Assembly: GCA_030704615.1 (NCBI GenBank)
Contig: CM060734.1
Location: 59,892,001 to 59,956,000, forward strand
From: Takakia lepidozioides
Taxonomy: Eukaryota > Plantae > Bryophyta
DNA length: 64,000 nt
Reading direction: 5' to 3'
Shown in pieces: positions 24,393-39,410 of the stretch (positions are counted from its first letter, which is position 1; each line of letters opens with the position of its first letter). The translations under genes were made by a program, and so were the position numbers. Below the pieces are notes generated by a model. The model saw only the letters and a list, made by a program, of their open reading frames with translations. It searched no databases and was not told the origin of the DNA.

Positions 24393-27300
24393 GTAGAATC
24401 TACATGTGTCCTTTGTGGCGATTTTGGAAAAGTGAGAAAAAAACAGTGGGCCGCACATAGTCGGCAGATGTGCGGCGTACAGCCGGAGGATGATGACAAC
24501 AGAGGGACTCATGAATTTTGGATACCTAGCCACGTAAGGATGATGGTGGCTCCCTGCTCCCCAACAGCCGCCCTTCCCAAGCCCCTTCCATGTCTTTGTC
24601 TAGCTCGTCGAATTGTGGCTTGGGTGCCAACAGTGTTGGCCGGGTATAGCACTCTACCCCGGTTAGTGAGTCGGTTACCACCCCAATTAGTAGGTATATA
24701 TAACCGCATACAAGGTATTTTTACAAAACAAAGCAAATAGATAACCGATGGTTGGGAGGTGAGTATATATATGTATATGTACCCTATATTAAGGTTAGCA
24801 CTACACTGTATACCCGGATTAGTAAGGCGTTTAGACCACCCCTAGAGCGGTTACAGTATAGGACACGCCTCCTCACACAAGGCAGCTACATTGATTGCCA
24901 TGATTGCCTGCATGCCTCTTTACTGGCAACTTTTGCAAGAGGTGCGCTGCCTATGTAACTTATTGCTATGTTAAATGTTAGCCAACTTCTCTCTTTGACT
25001 TTTTTTTTCTTTTCTTACTTTAGTCATTTTATTTGTCATTGTGAATAAATCTCTCATGTACTTGGAGCATTATAGCATTATCTATTTATTACTCATCTTT
25101 ATTAAAGGTTCTCATCTTCATTTGGATGTCATGTGGGAATTGATTATTTTTAACGAAAATCATTGAGAAATACAAGTCCATATATGTAACCGCCAATTGC
25201 ATATATATATGCCAATTTTAGGACACCTCTAACCGTCCTATTCATAACCGTCTAAATTTGAAGAATTTTGTAGAATAGATAACCGGTGGATATACTAAAA
25301 TAAAAAATTTATCCTTATACATAACCATGGAATGTGTCCATCCCAAAAATATTGAAGTAACCTTAACCGGCGGATATGTAAAATTCTTATAACCGGCCAA
25401 TATGGGTGCCAACCTTGTCCTCCCGCTGGCCCTGAAAACCCCCCCCCCCCCCACCAGTTTACAAAAAATGACGGCACATACAGTAATATGTAGCATCTGC
25501 GGATCCACCCGAACGGATATTGTAAGGCCCTCGGACCGGACCTTCTTGAAATAAGGGGCGGTAGCCCAATGCGGCCCGAGTTGGGGGAAGCCCCCCCCCT
25601 CCCAGGGCCTTACCTGGCGTAAATAAATAGGTTCAAATTTCCTTACAAACAGACAGTTTGGATTAATTTTCATATACGGCCGAGATGATGAGGAGGAACC
25701 TTACGGAGGAGGAGGAACCTTACGGGGCGTAAGTGCCTCGAGAGGAACTTGAAGCGTAAGGTCGAGTAAGATACCCTCCACATACACTAAGAATTTTGAG
25801 CTAGTTCTTTACGCCACCCTTGAATGTGGGCCAAGTTTGGAGATCGTTGAAAAATTGGACGAGTTCCCAAATTTTCATTGGTTGTCCCAATGCCTTGGCA
25901 TACCATAGTTGCCTATGCAGTGGACATAATTATTTTTTCTTGAAAAAGAGGTCCCGCAGTCTTTTTTGGAATTTCTGTTGTTCCGATAGTTGTTACTATG
26001 TACATTATAAAAGTCATTTTTATGTAGATGTGGATGAGTAGTTGAGTGGTAGCTCGCTAGAGTTGGTAGGAGCAAGTCATTGGTTTGAATATCTTGGTTT
26101 TCTGGCAGAGAAAGGACAAATTTTTTTTTTTTTTACTGCCCTTTTTTCTAATTTATTTAACGTCGGACAGCATGGGCAGGTACTGTATGTTAAACAGTGT
26201 CGTTCCCTCTTTGCAGGTGTCCCTCCACCAGGAACCCACCTCCCCCAATGGAACCCCTTTTTTTCCTCTTCCTCAGTCTTTCCACCCCCCTCCCCTCCTA
26301 CCCAATCCACACATGACGGATGTGTTGCCTCAACATAGTTCCCATTACGCCGACCTTGGCGCGCAGCGGTGTGAGGCAGTTCCTAAACGCTAGGCGTGGC
26401 GTCCGCTCGATGTAGTATTCTAACGTGCGATGTCGCAAACTGTAGTAGGGCGCCACCAACGTGGGAAAGACACCATGAGAGCAGGAAATAACGTTATCCT
26501 GACATCACCCTTTGTCTTGTTGGATCTTAGCAACCGATCCCTATTGTTGAAACGGGGATTGGTATGGCATGAGCACAACGTAAGCACAAAAAAATCGCCG
26601 CATGAGCAGGATCCACGGTTATAGGGTTGATATGTACATCAGCGGAATACATATAGTAGACGGACATAGGGTCTTTCTGCATTAATAGGGTCTCCATAGT
26701 GTCTAAATACAATCTTAAACATATAGAAAGAGCTTGAGAGGGAGAAACCTTAAATAAAAAACAAAAACAAAAACCAAACCCCAATTCCACCGACGAAACT
26801 AAGTTTTGTTGGCGAAATAAAAATTTCTATAGCAAAAACCATTTGCGTTTCGCTGGCGAAATCCGTTTTTGGGGTGGTTCTTGGGGATGTTCTACATACA
26901 ATGTTATCAAATGTCGCATTGTTTACGTGCTCTGATCTTTGAGTTCTGGCATATATATTTGTGGGTCTTTGTGCTCATGCAAGTTAAGCTTTGGGCGATT
27001 AATTTCAATGATTTTTTTTTGCGTGAGCACGGTTTTCAAATAGTTTCGTATTCCTTACTTCGAGAGCACATTTTGGTTTCGCGACCATCTAAGTATTCTC
27101 CAAAATCTTTTGGAATGTTCGGAATATGCCTTTGGGCTCACGCCTGCGGCTGTGAGCATGCTGGCGTGCTATCCAACCTCCTCTCCACTATCACTTGGTC
27201 ATGCCATCTTCCTACTGCCTAAATTATCTTCAATTGAAACTTGGGCTGCATATAACCTGGTAGAAGAGTTATTAAAAAATAACAAAAAACGAAACCCAAG

Positions 27301-28149
27301 ACACTGAGGCTCTGTGGGCGCTTTAAGGGTTAAACATGTAGCAAAGTAGCTCTATCGATTGACAATGGCAATATACAGCACCGATTTTCCAATAGCAGAT
27401 TGCTCCCATAATCAATTTCTGGCCATTTTGAAAATGAAAAGCACTTGTCAAGCAATTGTTGGCTGTGGGTCTGCTAGAGATTAGGTGCTTGTTCCACATA
27501 CAGAATATGCAGGTGTGTAACTTATTCCACATGTAGTCTCCCACTAGGGTATTCTGCATTGTAATCCACTGCGCTACAATGAAGGAATAGTCAAGCCACT
27601 GACCTGAACCAAGGCAGATTCCATCACAGTGGTCTCATCGACAAGATTACCTAGTGTAGCAAATCTACTTTATCACTGAATCTATTACACTGACTCGGGT
27701 TGACGTGACAGATTTTTCCTGGTGCGTTGCCGTGCTTTGTAGGAGCGGATGGTGGGTGCCACATTCTCTTTGTACTTTATACACACAAAGAATTGGAGAC
27801 GGTACAACACAATCATCCCGAACAGGATATACAGGTCTTGCCACTTAAAAAAACGATCACGTAGCCCTGAGGAAGGATATTTCTTACCCGTACGGCATAC
27901 ATGTGGAAAGCCATGTAAGAGAGAGGGATGCGCCACACAGGCTTTGGCAAATCCTCAATTAGGCGGAAGAAGCCAGCCACCACAAGGAATAGACCCTGCT
28001 CATGCCAGCACGTGAATTCAGCTTAAGCACTTGAAACAACACCTCGGTCACGTAATATTCAGGGCTTAGAAGAATCTACTCATAAGACACTGTTTGGCGT
28101 ACAGCCTACTCATGGGTTGCAAGACTAAACCATATATATATACATATAT

Positions 28150-31100
28150 GCTCGTTATCTAGTATAGAGAGAGGGCAGTACAGAAAGTGGAGCACGAATA
28201 TACCTGAATCCCCGAGCCAACAATGATGCCAACAAGAAACTTGGGACCCACACTGGCCACAGCCATCATCAGACTCTCCACACATGCAAGCTGGGCAAAG
28301 AGGGAGAGGATGAGAGGCTGCAACAAATGAGGTGAGGAAAAGAAACGGTAATGATGAGATTTGCCTATCACAAACGCAACCACTCCATAATGTCCATTGA
28401 GTCTCTCTCGGGTGAACACCTGCACATGGCAATGAACATCGTTATGAAATATCTATAATGCAACTAGAACACACCTAACCATGCAAACGAACAAAAGCCG
28501 AAGCTACTTAGGCATGTGAACTGCGAGTAATGGCAATAGTACACCGAATTTAGTACAATCCCCAACCCTCAATCTCAAGTGGAGAGGTGCCGAGGATAAA
28601 GGAGGAACCAAGAAAGTGGGAAGAGTTAGGTCAATGTGCACCTTCATGTCGTCCACAAAAGAAGGGAAGCTCCCAATGGCCATAGTTCTCATATATCCAG
28701 CAATATAGGTTAAGCACCCTGCTCTTGCCTGCGAGTGCCTCCAAGTACCTAGATGAGCTTCCACCTCTCTGAGAATTAGGGAAGAGGGACCACATTGCTC
28801 TGTCCGATTATATTCCAGGCTAAACCTTCATGAATGTGCTACAACTTTGGCAAGATGAACAAAGATTGTAGGGCCCATTAACTAATCATTCATTGTGGGA
28901 ATCTGTACTATGAAAGAACAGAGAGATCTCAATGAGATTTCACAAGCAAAAACAATCTTACCATGATGGAGCTAAACTGAAAGCCAACTTTCCAGAATAT
29001 GGTACCCACGCAAATGGCTAGCAGGAAGAATATGAAAAGGCGTAGCAGTAGTATCCCAAGTCCCTGCTCATGTTCACATGCTCAGTGAAGAGTGTGGAGC
29101 GCCATGTCAGTGTGAAAGACTGCTTCAAAAAGCTTGCCTGGCTTCCACTGGACTCGACCACAGTCCCTTGCTGCACAACAGCACAAAGAAAGCAAAGAGG
29201 GTGAGAATGGAAGCTCTTGACAAAGAGATTTTAATGTGTTGGCACCTGTGTGAGAGATAACGTCATGTCAATACATTTAGCTTGAGAGGAAAGAGAGATG
29301 CAGGCTACATGCAATCTTGCTAAGCAGCACGTATATAACTCATTTTTGCTTCTACAACCACATTAAAATGAGGGGTTCATCAACCCTCGTGGAACTATTA
29401 TTTTCGGCGCACTAACCACCAGGCCAATTAGTGATACTAACGGTTATGCAGGAAAGCAAAACTCATTAGTCAAATCTCCACCACTGAAAGGACAGCAGAG
29501 AGAAATGGCACGTACAATCTGTGAAATCTCATGAGCCTTAGATATAGTTGCTGTCGCATACCTAGTCACTTCTCTGGTACGCATGAACAACAAGGATCCT
29601 CACCACCTGCTGGGCGCTCAATTTGTCCAGCGGGTCTACAGTCTGCACATCCTGCTCATAGCATGCCAGAAACAGGACACTTCCTTCAGCTCTAGATAAG
29701 TTCAATATATGTTTAGGAAACATTGGAGAAGTTTGCAACCATCAGAATCCTTTCATAACTATGGTTGTAAAGATGGTGCAGATGTCCATATTTCCAAAAC
29801 ATTCCTCCAAGCCAAATTTGGAGAAACCGGCTCATATGTACACGCACAAGCACAGGTTTGGACTGTACGCCAACTGGGTCAGTGCAATTGCATATTGTCT
29901 ACACTCTTCATCCCTGCCCATAGTTTTTCATGCTATCAATTAACCGTTGTCCCTTAAGTGGCAAAGAATATAACCACCCTGATCATGCATTTACATATGG
30001 CAAATGGTGAGCATCCTTTTCTGGACAACCAGTTCAATCAAGGCTACTCACACTGATCTTGACAGAGGCTGGTCCGAGCCTGGTGATCTTCACTTGATCA
30101 AAGTCAGTATTAATGGCCCGTAGATAGTGATCTGATGGATTGCGTAATGGTGGGCATGGGAAGCCCGTTGCTGCAAATGCTGCACAGCCATTAGCCAATC
30201 CCATGTCAACACACACTTGTAACCCTGTCATATGCAATCGTCACTGTGTAGACCCACAAGGCAAACGAAACATGAACCTTGAATACTCCCAAAAACAAGC
30301 CATCCCTGCCCAGGCTACTCAAGAACAGTCATTTCAAACATTAAACAGGCCAAGGTAGATCGTTGATGAACTAACATGCAGTATTATTCTCTTTGAGTTC
30401 GCCATTGTTTACCTCACGAGCACTTGCGGCCTCCCCAAAGTAAATGGTTTGTCCACCCGATAGTAAGAAAAGATTGTCAAACAACTCAAATACTTCACTG
30501 CTCGGCTGATGTATGGAGGCAATGACTGTGCGCCCGTCTGGCTAGGTTTCTCAATGTTGTCACCACAAAGAAAGCTGCAGCACTGCACCCACGGATTTGA
30601 AACGATCAAACCTTAGTAGAAGGAAATCAGCAGATAAAGACAACTTTGCAAACTGGACGCCTGCACAGATTCATGTTTACAACGCAGCCTGGAGTAACTT
30701 CGTCAATCCAGAGTATATTATAATGTGGTCGAGATCAACTGAACAGATGGCAATACTGTGGTGGCATCAAAAAGTCATTTCAAGAGATGCTTTCGTGCAT
30801 AGGCTGCACTCATACATTCTTGCTCCTTATGGCCAATAACCGAAGCTGTCTCAGGCCAATAGATGTTCAAAAACCAACCTGTCCGACCCATTCGTTGGCT
30901 CATCCAGAAAAGCAGGCGAGGACGAATCAAAATCTCCAGGCCAATGCTGAGCCTGCGCCCCTCACCCCCACTCAATCCCCGCAGATGCCAGTTGCCAACT
31001 GGGGTATCGATGTGGCTTCTGTATCACGCCACAGAAGTCGAAGGCTTGGACAAAAAACTGTTCAAATTTCCATACAAAACATGGGCTCAAGTGCTAGATG

Positions 31101-31670
31101 ATGTCCAGTCTGAGCTGCTTCCGCTAGTCCAAGAGAACCAGCCACATGTGATCATATATATATACATTTACATCTCACACCACGACCAACTTGGAGGACC
31201 CACTAATCTACCTCGTGCAGCAATTTTACCTGCGAGAGCATCAAGCAGTGTGGATTTTCCCGAACCTGAAGGCCCCATGATGGCCAGGATTGAGCCTTGA
31301 TTGTTCGGCATATCCTGTAAGTCCCACCACGCACTAAGTTACATGGTTACAACTGTTGACATCAGTCACCAATTCCGTGTGGCGCTGCAGGCTACCGAGC
31401 TACAGTCCATGCAAATCTAAGAATACATGCGAAAGCGAGCGCTGTGTACCTGTTAAGCCGTGCAGTTTCAGACCTTTTTCCAGCAATAGTGACCGAGAGG
31501 TCCATCCAAACCAGACTGGCAGAGACATAACGGTCACCGCTGGCTAATTTGTCTCTCCACAGTGACTCGCTCAATGGCCGGCTCATGCCAACCTGTGCAG
31601 AACCTGGTGGTCTTGCATTGTAGCCATCTTCTAACTCGATGTCCTGGGATTTCACCGCCATAGTTTTCAC
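28150..31670 (-). pseudogene. ABCG (WBC/ABCG11-like) half-transporter pseudogene
   Basis: Walker [19 protein letters not shown] (~31230-31290), signature [16 protein letters not shown] (~30930-30980), [14 protein letters not shown] (~30470-30515), FPCPPLRNPSDHYLRAINTDFD and VFTRERLNGHYGV. Several frameshifts are present and the C-terminus is not recognisable. Confidence 0.8.
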
Positions 31671-32543
31671 ACCTTTGCCTTAAAAAAAGAGAAGACGAAA
31701 ATAGGAACCTCATCTGGAGAAAAGGGTAGGAGAAGCAGATCAGGGGTGGAAGCTCAGTGTAACAACACAGTAATATACGAAACTACTGCTCGCTCAGCGG
31801 ATAATTTGGTTGTGAATTTACTTCTTTAAAGCAGCCCATGCACTCGTCTCTGGACCGACTCCAGTGACGCTACTGTAGCTATGTACACAGACCTCTTATT
31901 CTGGCATCCAACAACTGCCAGTCAATGCACCTTCAATTTTCTTCATTACCATACATACGGGTACTTGTAGGACCAGAGATTAACCCGAAGCCAGCCTCCG
32001 GACCTGATCAGTGATATATGATCAGTGCGACCTACCTCTGTATCCACTCACGCACGAGTCTCGCATGAGTATGGTACAATCCCTGCTATCCTCAAGGAAA
32101 CAACGTCCTTCCTACTCGCGCTACAGGAGTCTAGAGTGGGCATATACTCACATGTGGAGCTGCAGTAAGCAGCTGCTCGCTCCACACCACAGCAGCACCT
32201 TTGGCAGCCGTCAATGAGAATCCCTCAATAGACCATTGAAGATCAGTTGAAGAACGACAACATCCCCGAGACCAAGAAGTGTAAGAAGGCGGACACGATG
32301 GGAGGCAGGGACTATGTAACATTATCAAAACTCCTAACATCTTCAACGTCCACCACGCTTTTTATGATCGGGTCCTCGTGTCCCGCACTATTGACCCACA
32401 CTAGGGGGGGGGCGGCAGCTGCGCTTGACCCCCCACCCCTAAGCCCCGGGGAGGTTTAACACTGGTTACAATAGCATTTACGAGTCCATAACTAATTTTC
32501 ATTTGATTGTGATGAGTTGGGCACATCCAAAGCTATTCTACCA

Positions 32544-33205
32544 TGGTTCGGAGATTCCACCAGAAACACAACTTTGCAAACAAGTGCCTTAGCTCGTCAG
32601 TTCTTTCGCCTTGGAAACTCTCAGGTCAGTTTATGCGTACAGTTTTTCCACTCAAATGTGGAGCCGGTATGCTGACATGCCCACCACCCGCTCTTTCTTT
32701 GCTTGTGGAGCTATTGGGAACAATGTTTTAGTTGCCGGGGGTCACGACAATGACAAAAAACGCTCTGTCCACTACAGAGATTCACAAGAGTTCAGAATTT
32801 TCCAGCGAGAGCGTAACCTGTCAAAAGGGTGCATGCGTTAGTTCATGCTCTTGGAGTTTCTAGCATGAAGGTCAACCATGGAGCATGGAACGGTGCTGGC
32901 AAGAGTCCGTTATAGATCTTTCACCGCTGGGACGACTGCAATGGCAAGGTGGGGCTTTTTGGGTGGTGGAGTTGTTTTTCTTTCAATCACTATCAGAGGT
33001 TATGGTTTCTAAGCAGGCCATGGAAATGTATTGCCCAAGGTTTTTCTGGTGTTTAGAAGGTAATTGGAAGCCTGGATGCTTTGTTGAAAATTATGGCTGC
33101 TCAACTGCACCCCTGTGGTTTTGCACAGACCAATCCAAGACTACTCGAGGACAGACACCAGCAGTGTGGCTAAATTGTCCTACGGATTGAGGGTTGGTAG
33201 AATCC
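32544..33205 (+). pseudogene. Kelch-repeat (F-box/kelch-like) gene fragment, copy 1
   Basis: Translates to VYAYSFSTQMWSRYADMPTTRSFFACGAIGNNVLVAGGHDN. It is frameshifted. Confidence 0.65.
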
Positions 33206-33849
33206 TCCTTGAATGAAGGAAATGCTAGCTGCTTCCATGACACAAGGTCAAGCAGAACATGGTGAGGCCATCTTCTTCTTCAAAACATTTAGGCTTGTTT
33301 TTTTCCTCTTGTCAGATTCATTCTACTTTCCAGATGTCTAATTCTGGAAGTTAGCTCGTCCAGTGAATCCATGTTGGTTTGAGTGTTTTTGCATGTTACT
33401 TCCAATGGGGTTGGAGGCATATATCTCCAAATTGGAAACAGACGAGAAGCCTTGGAAGGAGTACGTTTCAAACCCCAAGACAAAACGAGGGCAAAAAGGT
33501 GCATGCCTATTATTTTACAGCAAATGTAGACAAGAAGATGAATTAATTTTTTTTGCAATGGCCCTCATCCCTCTCACCCAACATATTTTTGAAGTCTTGT
33601 CAGCAATTGAGCATAGGAACTAGTGTGTGTACCAAGGTAGGGGTGTGATAGATTCTAGGTTGTCAGTGTCAGGTGCTGAGGATCTACACAGGTATTGTTG
33701 TTGGTGAATCAGCATAGGAGTGTGGCTCCAGATCCTTCGAGAGTGCTACATTTCAAGCACAAGAGTACCAATGAGGCATTGTGGATTAATAGCTACAAGA
33801 AACCTGCACAGGCAAATGATCAAGTTGGAAGCAGCAGCAGCAGTATAGT

Positions 33850-34985
33850 CAAATAAAATCAAACACCTCCACCATGCCACTCATTTCAAAAGAGGACCAA
33901 GAACGGAAGTCCACAAGATCTTTTCTAAGAATTGTGGACTGGTGAGGGCACTATGTGAAGCAAGACAACTGAAAGAGGCTCTGCTCATTTTGAAGGAAGG
34001 AGGCATTCTAGCAGATTCAGATACTTACGTCTGTCTCTTGATCAATAAATGCATCAAGACAAAGCATGGCAGAGGAACTTAGCAGGTTCCCACATTATCC
34101 AAACCCCATTTTTGACAAAATCCCTGAATGAGGTTTGATCGTGTAGAATATATTGATTGCAGGATATACCAAACATGGTTGTGGTAGGAATGCCTTGGGA
34201 GACTATAAGCAAATGATGCAGGAAGGGATGATGCCCAACCAGGTCACATTCATTTGTGTTATCAAGGCGTGTGCCTCCCTGGCAGCCCTGGAACAGGGCA
34301 AACATGTCCATGCTGACATTGCGAAAGCTGGGATTGTACCAAATATGATGCTAACTACTACGCTCGTAGACATGTATGCCAAATGTGGGAGCACAGAGGA
34401 TGCGAATTCGGGAGTGTTTGCCAAAATGCCCAAGCGAGATGTCATGTGATGCAGTGCAACTGTGCAAGCCTGGCAACCCTAGAGAATGGCAAAAAAAATC
34501 ATGAGCACTGACATCCAAAAAGCTGGAATTGTACCAAATATTATTCTGAGTACCACCCTTGTGGACATGTACACCAAATGTGGGAGCATCAAGGATGCAA
34601 AGGAAATGTGTAACAGCATAGATAACTGCAATGCGGTGTCATGGGGTGCAATGGTCACAACATATGCAGAGCATGGACCTGTGGAATGGAGGCTTCGAAA
34701 CCAATGATAAGCAAATGGTGCATTAAGGGGTAAAGCCGGACCAGGTTACGTTTGTTTCTGTTTGCAATCTTTGTGCCAGCCTGACAACACTGGAACATAG
34801 CAAAGAGGTCCATGCTGACATCCAAAAGCTGGCATTGTACCAGATATCTCTGAACAATACCTTGGTGGACATGTATTCCAAATGTGGGAGCATCAAGGAT
34901 GCAAAGGGGGTGTCTGACAATACGGTTGAACGAAATGTGGTGTCCTGGAGTGTGATGATCTCAGGATACGCTCAGCATAGGGCGG
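33850..34985 (+). pseudogene. Highly degenerate PLS-class PPR gene
   Basis: Contains MIAGYTKHG...VTFICVIKACASLAALEQGKHVHA...LVDMYAKCGS motifs broken by many indels. Confidence 0.85.
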
Positions 34986-36260
34986 GATGGAAGCTTGTTA
35001 GACAGTAACTAGACATTTGTTGTCTAATTTCTCTAAGTCCTTTCCAAGACCTTGCTGTAGCCTGATATTGGATTTGCCAGGAAGAAGTGAAGCCACCGGC
35101 AACCAAGAAGATTACGCGAGTGTTTGTGGCTAGTTTTCCACCCATGTCACTGTTGATGTGTTTTGGTACAGCAGGCTGGCTGCAAGGAGCTGAGGCAGAT
35201 ATAGTTAACACCAAGTACATGGTTTGCCACAGTGCTCTCTCAAATCTGTTTCCTTGGCATCTCTTTCATTTGCTTGAAGAGTAAGATTTAAGTCGAGTGA
35301 CGATGTAATTATACAGTATAGTGGTGATTTTTCTTTATCACCTGAAAGTGGTTGTATAGTTGCAAATGCTTGTAGCATTTCTTGATTTGTCTACCAGTGG
35401 ATCTGGCAGTCTTCATCTTCACAACTAATTGGTTGTTGTGTGGCGTGAGTGCAGCTATTTCGAAAAAATCTGGGACCTTGACCGATGCTTACATGCCCAA
35501 GGTAAAGTGCTAACCTAAGATAGTGGCATGTTCTTGTTTTGACCGTTTGCATTGAAACATGTTTCTGTTGTACTTAGCAATCTAAGCTATCTAATGGGCT
35601 TCTTGGTCTCCAGTTTTGCAGGATCTAGGATCAAAGGCAAGTGGTGGAATTGGGTTTGTAACTGAGGTACTAAATTCTGATTGGAATTTTGTATATATAC
35701 CGTTGGTACTTTTCCCAATCTGAGGGCTGAAAGTAGGAAGATGAAGCTGAATGGGCAAGAAAGCTTTTGAGAGTTCAAATTCATCTCTTATATATCATCA
35801 ACCTCAGCTACAGTTTGATGTTTCATAGGGCATTGTAGGGCTATTCTTTGCCATTTCCTCCCACCCCCTACATTGCCATAATCACTAGAATATTTTTTAT
35901 CAAAGGTTGCCTCATTTTCCCACCTTGTGTAGGAGGCATTCTTGCGAGGGCGAAAGATAGAATCCATAATTGTATACGGACATAAGGGTGGCTAGCCTTG
36001 GGATTGCTGGATTTGCGAGGAACATTCATCAAGAGACTTGCCTGACGGATCCCAGTCATGTCTGCTCCCAAGATCCCAATTGATAGCAGAAATTATGTTT
36101 CTCCCTCCCCTTCCTTCGCCACCTCCTGGGCAACCTCAAATCACGCAATGGATACCTGTGGGCCCACTCGGGCTTTTCTTGGTCTGTCCCAGAGCTTGGA
36201 ATCTGACCTCTAAACTATACAAATTTCATCTAATATAAAAAATGCACGTAAGCTGAATAT

Positions 36261-37077
36261 GGCAGTTTTTGGCCAATTTTACTTTTGGAGGATGGATGAT
36301 TTTGAGGTATGCATATCTCACCATGTAAATCTGTCCAGTTGGATTTGAAAGTAGGGAACTATTCGAATAGGAGAAGGTGGCATTTGAGGGGTCGCTTTCT
36401 TGAGTTTTGATCTTCTGTAATGACCACCGGCCTGTTGGCCTTAGTTTGTCAACTTCGTGGTTGTCATTTACAACTTACCCAGCCTGGCTTTGCTGTGGAC
36501 TGAGATTACTTCCCAGCATCATCCTCTCTCGGGGGGGGGGTTCTTCTTCTTCCAAGGGACTCTTGCCTTGGTAATCTCGCCACTGGCATGCAATTCACCA
36601 GCCGAAGAAAGCTATCCATTGTTTTCCTGGGAACTTCAGTAGCTGTTTTGACCATGCCACTGCGTCCTGACTTCAGTCTCCAGATCAGATCTTTAGAAAC
36701 CAAAGAGCCAGGAGTTCATGTCACCATATCCCTTACAATCTTAGCTCCAGGGCGCAAGTAGCCAACTTCCAACAGCTTTGGAGCAATTTGCAACAAAATT
36801 GGGGTCCTGTAGTTGCATGGCATTGAATACAATTTGCGCAAACTGTGAAAAAGCAACTGATATCGCAATGTTCCTCAAACGCCTGAAGAGCTTGACAAGC
36901 TCTGTGGCAAGGTTCAACATCATCTCCTCCTCCCTCTCTATTCCCCCCATGATGTCCTGCTGACTCTCTGTTGCCAAGGTGGCTAGTTGAACCATGGGTT
37001 CTGAAGCCTTCATTGCCAGGTAGCAAATTGCAAATGAATCGAATGACATCAGCATCAGCAGCAGCTTTCCCCAGCTG
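36261..37077 (-). repeat. ~820-bp duplicated gene-like fragment, inverted relative to 51889-52708
   Basis: The reverse complement matches 51889-52708 along its length. It includes ORF 36741-37097 of unknown function. Confidence 0.8.
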
Positions 37078-39132
37078 GGTGGAGTGGTCTGAAACACCTC
37101 AACCAGTGGGCCCAGTATCCCTCGGACCCAGGTGAAAAATAAGCAGGCAGCTGCACACTGTCATGAAACACAAGTAGGGGGCTCAGTAGTTTGTTACAGG
37201 TGATGACATCTCTCTCTCTCTCTCTCTAATCCCATAGATGCTGATTTCCCTCTGCTTGTTTAGTTCAAGTGGATCATTCACCCTCCATTTCTTTGAATAT
37301 ATGGATGCACTAGCTTGGCTTTCTGCTCTTCCCTTTGTTCACTCCAGAGTACCAAGCCAGATGCAGATGAACAGACAGGTGAAAAGTTCACATCTACCTG
37401 TCTGAGGGTGTCGGCAAGCTCTTGAATTTTAGCTCGTTTCAATTTCTCAATGTAGCGAAACAGGCCCATTAGCTCCTTGCTCACTTTGATCACACATTTT
37501 TCCTGCCAGGAGGAATTGAAAACGATTTGCATATCAGCTCTAACATCTTTCCACTAAAATTCTAACATTCTCTTGGGCTCTTGCTCTGCAGAATCCATCT
37601 CTGGCCCCAGCCTTTTCTTTCTCCACCTCTGAGGTTCATGATGGTGCAGGATAGGCATTCCCACATGACACACAAACACGTGTGATATCCGTAGTTGGTG
37701 AGGTGAATTCACTTTACGGTGTGTGTGTGTGTGTGTATGAGAGAGAGAGAGATAGGGCTTGTCTTGTCATGACAAGAAAGGATCTGTCTTTGCTAGACCA
37801 GACCATTTTGTTTTTTTCAAAAACAAAGACAAAATACAGCCTTGTTACCAAAGCACCATCACCCTTCTCCTAAACCACTGTCTTGTTCCTGATTTGTTTC
37901 ACACTTCTGGTTGATTGGGGTGGGTGGTGGGGCTTGTTAGAAACCCTTCAAAAAATGCACCTTTCTTCATAGTAACAGACATCATACTGAACAATACCCA
38001 TATTCACTGTACTATTAGACTGGGATTTCCAGAAAACCGAAATTCATGCTTTTTAGCATGTGCACTGTAGGTCAGTGACCTCCAAGTCAGCGTTAGCCTT
38101 TACCTAAGCAAACCAGTGCTTGCTTAAAACCATAGAAATCTCTGCCCAAAGTAAATGTCTGAGCATAGTACTTCTCTATGAGGATAAATCAGTTTCATCA
38201 AAGTAGTGTCAACACATACTTCCCTGAAATTCACATGTCAGAACTGAGACAAATCCAAGCCTTCCACCATAGCCTGAATGGGGTGTACTGCCGTGTCTTA
38301 AAACAAAACAAACACAGTGTTCAAAATGAAACCACTCAGCTGAGATTGATCCAAGTCAAGAGGGGTCTTCAGAACGGTCTGGTACCAGATCCAAGGGTAG
38401 ACTACTTCCCTAAAATGAAATGGTACTTTAATGGTAGTTCAAAAGAGATAAAGATAAAGTTTCTTTAACGTCCAGTTAATTTACAGAGCCTACTGCTCAA
38501 CACACAGGCCATCGAGGGCCCAATGGACGGTCTGAAGGCACTTGAGCAGGTAGCAGAGAGAGAGAGAGAGAGACCTCGTCGACAGCCTCCGAGGGGCTGT
38601 CTTCGTTGTTGGTGACCCGCGTATTGTAAGGGACCCCGAAGTGTCGGAAACCCAGTTCCTCTGGATTGTGCGCAGAAGCTCTCGGACCTCTGCGCGCATC
38701 CCTCCTTAGGCAACCCCAACTCCCTCGATCTTTGTTCCCTTTCCTCACGTCTTTCTCAGGTAACGATCTCCCATAATCCACCACAAATTTCTTACACCTT
38801 AATGATAAGATTGAGAGGTTTTTGGTGTATGTAGATGAATTATTGCTCCTGGCCTGTGGGAAAATGGTAATCGAAGAATAAGAGGCAGAGGTCCTTTTTG
38901 TAAAATTTCTTCCACAAATGTCCAGTTGCGCTGCTCTGTGTGAGCTCGGTGAGACAGGAAAGCTGGTCTTTGGAGCACTGAATCCCAGAGCCCAGCCGCA
39001 TGTCATTGCTAATTTTCCTTACCCCATCCGTACTTGCTTTATCGGGCCTCTCTCTCTCTCCGCACGCGGCAAAGAACTTTGCCTCGTGAATTCTCTCTCT
39101 CCGGCGCGGAGTCTACCTTTGAACTAGAGACA

Positions 39133-39410
39133 TATGCAGAGAGGAGAGGGAGATTGTCAATGCCCAAAGTGCGGGCGGCCTGAAGACAATATCCATTTTC
39201 TGATACAATGTTCGGGGTATTCTCAGGAGAGAGCGACCCTCTTCAGAACCATAAAGAGCCTAGTCCCTGCACCTCTGGCCACCAACTTCCAAAATCTCCA
39301 GGCTAAGACTAAAGCCCTGGTCTAATTGCTGGGCAGCTCACACACAGCAGATTGATGCTTGTGTGAAGAGCTTTCTAGAGGAAATCTGGAAATCTCGAAC
39401 TAATTGTTTG
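39133..39410 (+). mobile_element. LINE 3' fragment (same family as 56206-57851)
   Basis: CQCPKCGRPEDNIHFLIQC matches CNCPLCGQSEDSIHFLIHC of the longer copy. Confidence 0.8.

Noticed and set aside
24400-27400. Protein-coding genes in the short ORFs of this region
   Set aside because: No motifs or consistent exon structure; the region looks like repeat debris (AACCG-rich and GAGGAACCTTACGG repeats).
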